From: Candidatus Muiribacteriota bacterium
GTDB lineage: Bacteria > Muiribacteriota > Muiribacteriia > Muiribacteriales > Muiribacteriaceae
NCBI GenBank assembly: GCA_051747805.1
Contig: JBNJGP010000067.1
Location: forward strand, 1 to 15,229
Direction of reading: 5' to 3'
DNA length: 15,229 nucleotides
Under the pieces are notes generated by a model, which was given only the letters and a program-made list of their open reading frames with translations, searched no databases and had not been told where the DNA came from. Each line of letters starts with the position of its first letter. Position 1 is the stretch's first letter. Of this stretch, positions 1-8,199 are shown in pieces. Made by a program: the position numbers and the translations under genes.

Positions 1-79
1 ATCGTTAGATAACTTTACTATCACCTTTAGGTGATTTTACTAAGCTGAAAGCTTTTTACTTTTATGTAGGCCTGACCAC
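1..79. repeat. Right-hand part of hairpin-array repeat element (copy A, cut by the window edge)
   Basis: 78/79 identical to 14197-14275. The only difference is in a hairpin loop (GTTA vs GATA). Contains TTTACT-linked hairpins and ends GTAGGCCTGACCAC. Confidence 0.95.
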
Positions 80-97
80 AAAAGCCTTTTTAAAAAA

Positions 98-126
98 TTG
101 ACTAAACTCAAGTTAAAATCTATATT
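98..126 (+). promoter_or_regulatory. Sigma70-type promoter for the rpmF-plsX-fab operon
   Basis: TTGACT (98-103), 17 bp spacer, TATATT (121-126), followed by an AGGAGG RBS before the rpmF ATG. Confidence 0.7.
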
Positions 127-167
127 AACTAATAAAGAACTATTAAGAAAGAATTTAGGAGGAATTT

Positions 168-356
168 ATGGCTAATCCAATAAGCAGACATTCAAAAAGT
201 AGAAGAGATAAAAGAAGAGCTAACTGGAAGGCTAATTTAAACGAAAAATTTGCAATTTGTTCTAATCCTGATTGTGGCCAGCCAGTACAACCACATAAAG
301 TTTGTCTTGCCTGTGGTAATTATAATGGAAAACAAGTATTAAAAGTTAAGGAATAA
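168..356 (+). CDS. rpmF: 50S ribosomal protein L32
   Basis: MANP..SKSRRDKRRA N-terminus and Zn-ribbon CSNPDCG...PHKVCLACGNY. AGGAGG RBS. TAATG overlap with plsX. Confidence 0.97.
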   Translation: MANPISRHSKSRRDKRRANWKANLNEKFAICSNPDCGQPVQPHKVCLACGNYNGKQVLKVKE

Positions 357-1348
357 TGGCTAATACTGTTATAATTGATATAATGGGCGGGGATAACGCT
401 CCAGAAGAAACTATTAAGGGTGTTAAGCTAGCTTTACAGGAAAATAAAAATTTAAATTTTATTCTTGTCGGCGATGAAGAAAAATCAGAGTATTTCTTGA
501 ATGATATTAAAGATAATGATAGAGTATCATTTGAGAATGTTAAATTCATTAAAGAAGAGGAATATAAAATAAAAAGAAACTCTAATACCTGTATTGGAAG
601 AGGACTGCAGCTTCTCAAGGAAAAAAAAGGCGATGTTTTTATTTCTGCTGGAAACACAGGTAAAGTAGTTGCGGAAAGTTTTATGAAAGTTGGTAAATCT
701 GAGGGTGTTGAAAGACCGGCTATTGCTGTGGCTTTACCTACGCTGAAAAAGCCGGTTATACTACTTGATGTGGGTGCAAATTCTGACTGCCGACCAGTAC
801 ATTTTCATCAATTTGCAATTTTAGGGGCAGTTTATTCTAAAATATTACTTGGTATGGAGAATGCAGACCCGAAAGTAGGACTTTTAAACATAGGGACTGA
901 ATCCAAAAAAGGAAGTAAACTTTATCAGTTAGTTTTTTCTCAATTTAAAAAGAATAAAAATGTAAATTTTATCGGAAATATTGAGACAAATTCAATGATT
1001 TGTGGCGATGTTGCCGACGTTGTTGTGTGCGATGGCTTTTCAGGTAATATTGTTTTAAAATCAATGGAAGGTCTTTCTAATTATGTTTTAAAAAAAATGA
1101 AAGATAAAAAAGTAGCGCCTGAACTAATTAAAAGTATAGCCTCCGACCTTGATTATCAGGAATATGGCGGTGCGCTTTTACTGGGAGTTAAAGAACCTGT
1201 TGTTATATGCCATGGAAAGTCTTCAGCTTTTGCAATAAAAAATGCTGTGAAATTTTCAACTCTTATGGCAGAAAATAATATAGTTAATAAAATATCGGAA
1301 AAAATTAAAGATTTTAATAAACAATTTGAGTATGGTAAAAGTTTTTAA
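356..1348 (+). CDS. plsX: Phosphate acyltransferase PlsX
   Basis: Motifs IDIMGGDNAP, SAGNTG, ERPAIA, LLDVGAN, VVVCDGFSGN, YGGALLLG, ICHGKS. Canonical position after rpmF. Confidence 0.96.
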   Translation: MANTVIIDIMGGDNAPEETIKGVKLALQENKNLNFILVGDEEKSEYFLNDIKDNDRVSFENVKFIKEEEYKIKRNSNTCIGRGLQLLKEKKGDVFISAGNTGKVVAESFMKVGKSEGVERPAIAVALPTLKKPVILLDVGANSDCRPVHFHQFAILGAVYSKILLGMENADPKVGLLNIGTESKKGSKLYQLVFSQFKKNKNVNFIGNIETNSMICGDVADVVVCDGFSGNIVLKSMEGLSNYVLKKMKDKKVAPELIKSIASDLDYQEYGGALLLGVKEPVVICHGKSSAFAIKNAVKFSTLMAENNIVNKISEKIKDFNKQFEYGKSF

Positions 1349-1440
1349 AAAAAACCTTTAGACGCCGGGGGTATGGAAATTTTAGAAAATATTTACCAGG
1401 CTCAAGAAAAAATTTAACAATAGAAAAACGAGGAGGAATA

Positions 1441-2586
1441 ATGGATTTTGGTTTCTCTCCCCAGCAAACCATGTTTAAAAAAACAATCAGAGAATTTGCC
1501 GAAAAAGAAGTTGAACCTATTGCAACTGAAATAGATGAAAACTCAAGATTTCCGTGGGAAACAGTTAAAAAAATGGCTAAAATGGGTCTGTTTGGAATGA
1601 CATGTCCTAAAGAATATGGTGGAGCAGACGCAGATTATATTACATATATGATTGCTATAGAAGAACTATCAAAAGTATGTGCTTCTACTGGCGGTATAAT
1701 TGCGGCTGTAAATTCTTTAGCCTGCTGGCCAATAGAGTATTATGGCAGTGATGAACAAAAAAAACAGTACCTTTTACCGATGTGCAGAGGAGAGAAACTC
1801 GGAGCTTTTGGACTTACCGAACCAGAAGCCGGTTCCGATGCGTTTAATCAACAGACGATTGCCGAAGACAATGGAGATTATTATATTTTAAACGGTAATA
1901 AAATTTTCATTTCTGGTGGTGATGTTGCTGATACAATTATTATTTTCGCTAAACTCGTAACAAAGCGTAGAAAAAGGGGCAGAATGTGTGCTTTTATAGT
2001 TGAAAAAAACTTCCCGGGTTTTTCAGTCGGGGTTAAAGAAAATAAAATGGGAATAAGAGCATCAGGAACTGCCGAACTTGTTATGTCAGATTGTAAAGTC
2101 CCTAAAGAAAATCTTCTTGGAAAAGTAGGCCAGGGGTTTGAGATTGCGATGCAGACACTTGATGGCGGAAGAATTGGTATTGCCGCTCAGGGTCTTGGTA
2201 TTGGTCAGGGAGCATTAGATGTTGCCGTTCAATACTCAAAAGAAAGAAAGCAGTTTGGGAGTATAATTGGCAGGTTTCAATCAATACAAACTATGCTGGC
2301 AGATATTTCAACAGAAGTTGAGGCCGCAAGATTATTAACATATAAAGCAGCATGGCTTAAGCAGCATGATATGCCATACAGCACAGAAGCGGCACAGGCT
2401 AAATTATATGCTTCTGAAGTTGCTGAAAGAGCGTCAACAAAGGCTCTTCAAATTCATGGTGGTTATGGTTATATGAAAGATTATCCTGTTGAAAGATTTT
2501 TCAGAGATTCAAAAATAACTCAGATTTATGAGGGAACTTCTGAAATTCAGAGACTGGTAATCGCAACAAATTTATTAAAAGGTTAG
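1441..2586 (+). CDS. Short-chain acyl-CoA dehydrogenase (butyryl-CoA dehydrogenase/Bcd-like)
   Basis: Motifs GAFGLTEPEAGSD, LNGNKIFIS, KMGIRAS, TLDGGRIGIAAQ, ERKQFG, QIHGGYGY and the catalytic IYEGTSEIQR. GAGGAGG RBS. The substrate cannot be read from sequence alone. Confidence 0.92.
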   Translation: MDFGFSPQQTMFKKTIREFAEKEVEPIATEIDENSRFPWETVKKMAKMGLFGMTCPKEYGGADADYITYMIAIEELSKVCASTGGIIAAVNSLACWPIEYYGSDEQKKQYLLPMCRGEKLGAFGLTEPEAGSDAFNQQTIAEDNGDYYILNGNKIFISGGDVADTIIIFAKLVTKRRKRGRMCAFIVEKNFPGFSVGVKENKMGIRASGTAELVMSDCKVPKENLLGKVGQGFEIAMQTLDGGRIGIAAQGLGIGQGALDVAVQYSKERKQFGSIIGRFQSIQTMLADISTEVEAARLLTYKAAWLKQHDMPYSTEAAQAKLYASEVAERASTKALQIHGGYGYMKDYPVERFFRDSKITQIYEGTSEIQRLVIATNLLKG

Positions 2587-2596
2587 GAGGGTTTTC

Positions 2597-3808
2597 TTGA
2601 AAGTTTTAATTAGTGCTCAAAAATGCATAGGGTGTAAAAAATGTATTCCACATTGTCCTTATAATGCTATCGGCTTTGAAGATAAAAAAGCCTATATTTT
2701 TTATGATAAATGTACAACATGTGGAGCATGTGTTGAAACATGTCCTGTTGAAGCAATATATACTGAAGGGAAGACAAAGGAAAAAAAGAAAAACTTTGAT
2801 GATTATAAAAATATATGGGTTGTTGCGGAGTTTGAAGAAGATAAAATTAAAAATGTTACGCTTGAATTAATATCTTGCGCCAGAAAGCTTGCAGATGAAA
2901 AAAAATATGATGTAAATGTGCTTTGCATTGGGAAAAATATAAAAGAAATGTCTTCGCACCTTGGTCGATATGGGGCCGATAAAGTAGTTATTGTTGATTC
3001 TGACTCTTTTGCCAGTTATGAAACTTTGACCTATTCTCATGTTGTTTCAGAGATTTCTAAAAAATATAAACCAGATATTGTACTTTTTGGAGCAACACAT
3101 ATTGGTCGTGATTTAGCACCGAGAGTAGCCAATAATTTAAAAACTGGATTAACAGCAGATTGTACAAAACTCGAAATTTGTTGTGATGAAGGAATACTTC
3201 TACAGACCAGACCAGCCTTTGGCGGAAATATTATGGCAACAATTATGTGTCCTGATAATCGTCCTCAAATGGCAACTGTCAGACCTGGTGTCATGAAATT
3301 AGAACCAATATCAAATTCTAAGGAAGTTAAAATTATTGAAGAAGAGTTTGAAGTATCTCAGTATATGGGGGCTGTTAAGATTCTTGAAACTGTAAAAGAA
3401 ATGAAACATACTGTTAATTTGGAAGACGCTGATATTATTATATCCGGTGGAAGAGGTATGGGAGACAGTCAGAACTTTAAAAGATTATATACGCTTGCAG
3501 ATAAACTTGGTGCTGAAGTTGGTGCCTCCAGGGCAGTTATTGAAGATGGATGGTGTGAACAGGAGCGACAGGTTGGTCAAACAGGTAAAACAGTGAGACC
3601 GGAACTTTATGTTGCGCTTGGAATTTCTGGGGCAATTCAACATGCTGCGGGAATGGAAAGTTCAAAATATGTTATTGCCATTAACAAAGACCCTAATGCA
3701 CCAATATTTAAAATTGCAGATTTAGGGGTAGTTGGCGACCTTAATAAATTACTACCTGTTTTAGAAGAGGAGCTGCCAAAATTAATGGAAAAGGGGAGTG
3801 ACATATGA
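2597..3808 (+). CDS. etfA: Electron transfer flavoprotein alpha subunit with N-terminal 2x[4Fe-4S] ferredoxin domain
   Basis: N-terminal CIGCKKCIPHCP and CTTCGACVETCP. ETF-alpha motifs GRDLAPRVA, GLTADCT, QTRPAFGGN, SGGRG, GASR, QVGQTGKTVRP, GISGAIQH, AINKD. TTG start with AGGAGG overlapping the upstream stop. Confidence 0.93.
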   Translation: MKVLISAQKCIGCKKCIPHCPYNAIGFEDKKAYIFYDKCTTCGACVETCPVEAIYTEGKTKEKKKNFDDYKNIWVVAEFEEDKIKNVTLELISCARKLADEKKYDVNVLCIGKNIKEMSSHLGRYGADKVVIVDSDSFASYETLTYSHVVSEISKKYKPDIVLFGATHIGRDLAPRVANNLKTGLTADCTKLEICCDEGILLQTRPAFGGNIMATIMCPDNRPQMATVRPGVMKLEPISNSKEVKIIEEEFEVSQYMGAVKILETVKEMKHTVNLEDADIIISGGRGMGDSQNFKRLYTLADKLGAEVGASRAVIEDGWCEQERQVGQTGKTVRPELYVALGISGAIQHAAGMESSKYVIAINKDPNAPIFKIADLGVVGDLNKLLPVLEEELPKLMEKGSDI

Positions 3809-4725
3809 AAACAGCTTTAGTTTTTCCAGGACAGGGTTCTCAATATCCCGGTATGGGAAAAGATTTTTATCAGAATTTTGAAAAAGCAGAAAAAATCTAT
3901 AAAAGAGCTTCTGAAATAATGGGATTTCCGCTTACAGATAAAATAATGAATGGAACTACAGAAGACCTGAAAAAAACCGAAATTACTCAGCCGGCTATTT
4001 TAACTACTTCAATAGCTTTATTTGAGGCAATAAAAGGTAAAATTGGAAATTTTAAGGCGGTGGCCGGACATTCTCTCGGGGAATATTCTGCTCTTTATGC
4101 TGGCGGAGTGCTTGACCTTGAAGAGGTGCTCCTGCTTGTAAAAAAAAGAGGCGCGGCTATGTCTAAAATTAGAGGAGGACATCTTTGCGCTTTAATTGGC
4201 AGAGATTTTTCAAAGGTGCCTGAGCTTTGTAGTGAAACCGGTTACTCAATTGCTATTTATAATTCTCCAAAACAGATTATAATCGCGGGTAGAGATGAGG
4301 ACTTTGCCAATCTTCAGGAAAAAGCTTCTGATTTTGGAATAAGAAGAGTTAAAAAATTAAAGGTTAGTGGTCCTTTTCATTGTGAGCTTATGAAACCCGC
4401 AGCAGAACAATTTAAAGAGGCTGTTAATAATGCTGAAATAAAAACTCCTGATAAACCTGTTTATATGAATGTGAGTGCTGTTGAGGAAAAAGAAAAAGAA
4501 AAAATATCCCAGAATATGATTAAACAGATTTATTGTCAGGTTAAATGGAAAGAAGAAGTAGAAAATATGATAAATGATGGTTTTAGCCATTTTATAGAAA
4601 TTGGTCCCTCAAAAGTATTATCAGGTATAATTAGTGCGGTTTCTAAAGATGTTAAAGTTTCAAATATTGAAAAAGTTGAGGATTTAGAAAAACTCTCATC
4701 CGTTGTAAACGAAGGAGGGCTGTAA
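3805..4725 (+). CDS. fabD: Malonyl-CoA:ACP transacylase
   Basis: Motifs FPGQGSQ, TQPAI, AGHSLGEYSAL, VSGPFH, EIGP. ATGA overlap with etfA. Confidence 0.97.
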   Translation: MKTALVFPGQGSQYPGMGKDFYQNFEKAEKIYKRASEIMGFPLTDKIMNGTTEDLKKTEITQPAILTTSIALFEAIKGKIGNFKAVAGHSLGEYSALYAGGVLDLEEVLLLVKKRGAAMSKIRGGHLCALIGRDFSKVPELCSETGYSIAIYNSPKQIIIAGRDEDFANLQEKASDFGIRRVKKLKVSGPFHCELMKPAAEQFKEAVNNAEIKTPDKPVYMNVSAVEEKEKEKISQNMIKQIYCQVKWKEEVENMINDGFSHFIEIGPSKVLSGIISAVSKDVKVSNIEKVEDLEKLSSVVNEGGL

Positions 4726-4727
4726 TT

Positions 4728-5450
4728 ATGTTAGATGGCAAATTATGTGTTGTAACTGGAGCGGCAAGAGGAATTGGATATGAAATAGCCAAAGTTTTTG
4801 CACAAAAAGGAGCAGACCTTGCCCTTATAGACATTAATTTCGAAGATGATTTTCATTTTCCCTATGGAGAATACAGAACTTACTGCCTCGATATTACGGA
4901 TTATAAAAACACTGTATCGGTTATATCAGAAATTGTTTCTGATTTTAAAAAAATCGATATATTAATTAATAATGCGGGAATTACAAAAGATAATCTTTTT
5001 CTTAGAATGAAACCAGAAGACTGGAATAAAGTTATTGACGTTAATTTAAATGGAGTTTTTAACGTAACTAAAGCTTCTCTTAAAACTTTAATTAAAAATC
5101 CTGGTTCAAGTGTAATAAATATTTCTTCAGTTATAGGATTAACTGGGAATGCTGGTCAGTCAAATTATTCAGCCTCAAAAGCGGGGGTTATTGGTTTAAC
5201 TAGGTCACTGGCACGGGAACTTTCTGCAAGAAATGTCCGTGTTAACGCAGTTGCGCCAGGTTTTATAGAAACAGCTATGACTGAAAAACTCAGTGAGAAA
5301 CAAAAAGATGCAATTTTAGGAGGGATTCCTCTGGGAAAAATGGGGAGTGCGGAAGAAGTTGCAAAAGCATGTCTATTTTTGGGTTCCGATATGTCTTCAT
5401 ATGTAACTGGTCAGGTGCTTGCGGTTGACGGCGGAATGACAATGTATTAA
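4728..5450 (+). CDS. fabG: 3-oxoacyl-ACP reductase
   Basis: Motifs VTGAARGIG, NNAGITKD, GQSNYSASKAG, VAPGFIET, GQVLAVDGGM. Lies between fabD and acpP. Confidence 0.96.
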   Translation: MLDGKLCVVTGAARGIGYEIAKVFAQKGADLALIDINFEDDFHFPYGEYRTYCLDITDYKNTVSVISEIVSDFKKIDILINNAGITKDNLFLRMKPEDWNKVIDVNLNGVFNVTKASLKTLIKNPGSSVINISSVIGLTGNAGQSNYSASKAGVIGLTRSLARELSARNVRVNAVAPGFIETAMTEKLSEKQKDAILGGIPLGKMGSAEEVAKACLFLGSDMSSYVTGQVLAVDGGMTMY

Positions 5451-5467
5451 ATTTATAGATGTTTTTA

Positions 5468-5498
5468 AATAAAGCCTTTCCTACAGAAAGACTTTATT
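5468..5498. other. Intergenic hairpin between fabG and acpP
   Basis: AATAAAGCCTTTC-CTACA-GAAAGACTTTATT: 13 bp stem with one mismatch. Function unknown (processing, stabilising or attenuating). Confidence 0.55.
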
Positions 5499-5535
5499 AG
5501 GTAAATAATATATATATAAAAATGGAGGTAGAAAA

Positions 5536-5769
5536 ATGGCACAATTTGAAGAGGTTAAAGAAGTTATTATTGAACAAATTGGATGTGATGAAACAGCAGT
5601 GACACCAGAAGCTTCATTTATAGACGATCTTGGTGCGGATTCACTGGATATTGTAGAAATAATGATGGCTCTTGAAGAAAAGTATGATATTGAAATACCG
5701 GATGAAGAAGCAGAAAAAATTAAAACTGTTGGTGATGCAGTTAAATATATTGAAAATGCACAAGGGTAA
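5536..5769 (+). CDS. acpP: Acyl carrier protein
   Basis: [12 protein letters not shown] phosphopantetheine site, acidic 77 aa protein, GGAGG RBS. Confidence 0.98.
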   Translation: MAQFEEVKEVIIEQIGCDETAVTPEASFIDDLGADSLDIVEIMMALEEKYDIEIPDEEAEKIKTVGDAVKYIENAQG

Positions 5770-5818
5770 AAAATTGCCAGTAATTCTTAATAAAAAAAAA
5801 GAAAATCCTTGTTTAAAA

Positions 5819-5872
5819 GGGGTCTGTGCCGTCATGACATTACTGAAAAGCAAAGTTTGTAGGCCCGACCAC
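5819..5872. repeat. Short copy (B) of the GGGGTCTGTGCCG...GGCCYGACCAC element
   Basis: 5819-5831 is identical to 14042-14054. Ends TGTAGGCCCGACCAC vs TGTAGGCCTGACCAC in the long copies. Internal palindrome GTCATGAC followed by ATTACT. Confidence 0.85.
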
Positions 5873-5931
5873 TAAAGGATTTTCGGGTAAATTTAGAGTT
5901 GCTGAAAAATTGCCCGTAAAATAAAAAATAT

Positions 5932-5969
5932 AAGAGGGGGCAAAGTAAAAGTTCCCTCTTTTTATTTTT
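5932..5969 (+). terminator. Probable intrinsic terminator/attenuator downstream of acpP, just before the next gene's RBS
   Basis: AAGAGGGGGC-9 nt loop-GTTCCCTCTT (two G.U pairs) followed by TTTATTTTT. Confidence 0.7.
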
Positions 5970-5983
5970 GAAAGGAGATTTTA

Positions 5984-6925
5984 TTGAAACTACCCCTCCT
6001 TAAAATAGGAAAACTCGAACCAGAATATCCAATAATTCAAGGCGGCATGGCTATAAGAATTTCGACAGGAAAGCTTGCAGGAACTGTAGCATTACACGGA
6101 GGGATTGGGCTTGTAGCTGCTTCGGGAATGAGTCTTGAAGAACTTGAATATGAGATTAATATTGCCAGAAAAATAGCTGGAGATTCTGGAATTGTTGGAA
6201 TAAACATAATGGTAGCAGCTTCAAAATTTGAACAGATTACCTCGTTTGCAATGGAATCTGGTATAGACCTTGTAGTTGCGGGTGCCGGATTTTCAAGAAA
6301 ACTTTTTTTGCTTGGAAAAAAATATGATGTTCCTGTTGTTCCAATAGTCAGTGGTCTTAAAGCTGCCAGGATTTCAGAAAAACTTGGTGCTTCAGCTATT
6401 ATTGTTGAAGGTTTTGAGGCTGGCGGACATCTTGGAACAGATAGGAAAACATTTGATATTCTTGAAGAAATTCTAGGAAAAGTATCTATTCCAGTTATAG
6501 GCGCCGGTGGTGTTGGAGATAGAGAAGATTTTTATAATATTATTGAAAAAGGCGTAGATGGAGTTCAGATAGCTACTTTATTTGCATTAACTAAAGAAAG
6601 TAATGCCCATATGAACTGGAAAAATTTTGTTTTAAATGCTTCAAAGGAAGATATGGTGCTTATGAAAAGCCCTGTTGGATTACCTGGAAGAGCATTAAAT
6701 AACAAGTTTCTTGAAAAAGTAGAAAAAAACCCTCAAATTTTGAAGCCCGAAGAGTGCATTAAATGCCTTAAATACTGTTCGCATAAGTTTTGTATTATTA
6801 GGGCGCTTGAAAACGCCAGAAAGGGAAATATTGATGAGGGGTTAATTTTTTCTGGCAAACACTTTTATAAAATTAATAAATTGTTGAGTGTTAAAGAAGT
6901 TTTTGATATGATTTTTAAAAGTTAA
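5984..6925 (+). CDS. Nitronate monooxygenase/FabK/FabX-family FMN enzyme with C-terminal Cys cluster (probable [4Fe-4S])
   Basis: LKIG..YPIIQGGMA, IVEGFEAGGHLG, PVIGAGG, DGVQIAT, SPVGLPGRA. C-terminal CIKCLKYCSHKFC (CxxCxxxC-x4-C). TTG start with AAGGAG RBS. Located in the fab cluster. Confidence 0.85.
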   Translation: MKLPLLKIGKLEPEYPIIQGGMAIRISTGKLAGTVALHGGIGLVAASGMSLEELEYEINIARKIAGDSGIVGINIMVAASKFEQITSFAMESGIDLVVAGAGFSRKLFLLGKKYDVPVVPIVSGLKAARISEKLGASAIIVEGFEAGGHLGTDRKTFDILEEILGKVSIPVIGAGGVGDREDFYNIIEKGVDGVQIATLFALTKESNAHMNWKNFVLNASKEDMVLMKSPVGLPGRALNNKFLEKVEKNPQILKPEECIKCLKYCSHKFCIIRALENARKGNIDEGLIFSGKHFYKINKLLSVKEVFDMIFKS

Positions 6926-6957
6926 CGAATTTAATACAGCAGAAATCAGGGGGAAAT

Positions 6958-8199
6958 ATGGAAAGAAGAGTGGTTATAACCGGAATAGGTGTAGTATCAC
7001 CAATCGGAATAGATAAGGATGAATACTTTAAAGCGCTGAAAGAGGGAAAATCTGGAATAGCGCCTATAAAAAAATTTGATACTGAAGGATTTAGTTCAAA
7101 AATAGCCGGTGAAGTCCAGGACTGGGATCCAACTACGTGGATTGATAAAAGAGATGCTAAAAAAATGGATAGATACTGTCAATTTGCCGTTGCCTCTTCA
7201 AAAATGGCGCATAAAGATAGCGGACTGGATATGGATAAAATTAATAAACAGCGAGGTGGAGTAATATTCGGTGTTGGAATGGGTGGTCTCAATACTTATG
7301 AAAAACAGATTGGGGTTTATAATAAAAAAGGACCTAGACGTGTAAGCCCTTTTTTAGTTCCTATGATGATATCAAATTTAAGTGCTGGTACAGTTGGAAT
7401 AAATCTGGGACTTAAAGGTTCAAACTACGTTGTAACTGCAGCATGTGCAAGTGCAACCCATGCTATAGGAGAAGCTTTTTTAAAAATCAAACATAATATG
7501 CTGGATGTTTGTTTTACCGGTGGTGCTGAATCAACAGTTACTCCGATTACAGTTGCCGGCTTTTCTTCTATGAAAGCTTTATCAACGAGAAATGATGAAT
7601 ATAATATTGCCTCATCTCCTTTTGATAAAAAAAGAGATGGTTTTGTAATTGCAGAGGGGGGAGCCGTTCTTGTACTTGAAGAGTTAAATCACGCCCTTGA
7701 AAGAGGTGCCCGTATTTATGGTGAGGTTTCTGGATATGGCCTTAGCGATGACGCTTTTCATATTACGCAGCCTCATCCAGATGCGGAAGGGGCAAAAAAC
7801 TCTATGAGCATGGCACTTAATATGGCTGGTATTTCTCCGGAAAAAATTGATTATATTAATGCTCATGGTACATCCACCCCTTTTAACGATAAACTTGAAA
7901 CAAAGGCTATAAAAAGTGTATTTGCTGATTATGCCCGAGATGTTTCAATAAGTTCAACTAAATCCATGACCGGTCATCTTCTGGGAGGGGCTGGTGCAGT
8001 TGAAGCTTTAGCCTGTTTACTTGCTATTAATGAGGGGGTTATTCCTCCAACAATTAACTATCAGGACCCTGACCCTGAATGTGATTTAAATTATACGCCG
8101 AATAAGGCTGTTAAAAAAGAAGTTAACTGTGCACTATCAAATTCTTTTGGATTCGGAGGACAGAACTCAACAATAATAATAAATAAATATGCAGATTGA
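6958..8199 (+). CDS. fabF: 3-oxoacyl-ACP synthase II
   Basis: RRVVITGIG, active-site TAACASA, YINAHGTST, STKSMTGHLLG, SNSFGFGGQN. Confidence 0.97.
   Translation: MERRVVITGIGVVSPIGIDKDEYFKALKEGKSGIAPIKKFDTEGFSSKIAGEVQDWDPTTWIDKRDAKKMDRYCQFAVASSKMAHKDSGLDMDKINKQRGGVIFGVGMGGLNTYEKQIGVYNKKGPRRVSPFLVPMMISNLSAGTVGINLGLKGSNYVVTAACASATHAIGEAFLKIKHNMLDVCFTGGAESTVTPITVAGFSSMKALSTRNDEYNIASSPFDKKRDGFVIAEGGAVLVLEELNHALERGARIYGEVSGYGLSDDAFHITQPHPDAEGAKNSMSMALNMAGISPEKIDYINAHGTSTPFNDKLETKAIKSVFADYARDVSISSTKSMTGHLLGGAGAVEALACLLAINEGVIPPTINYQDPDPECDLNYTPNKAVKKEVNCALSNSFGFGGQNSTIIINKYAD

Noticed and set aside
1349..1440. Possible hairpin or operator between plsX and the dehydrogenase (GCCGGGGGTA...TTTACCAGGC)
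   Set aside because: Pairing is weak and interrupted, and it matches no motif I can identify.
5819..5905. c-di-GMP-I riboswitch (GCAAAG...GGCC resemblance)
   Set aside because: The GAAA-capped P2 stem and P1 pairing could not be built. The same ends recur elsewhere with unrelated interiors. An Rfam scan would settle it.
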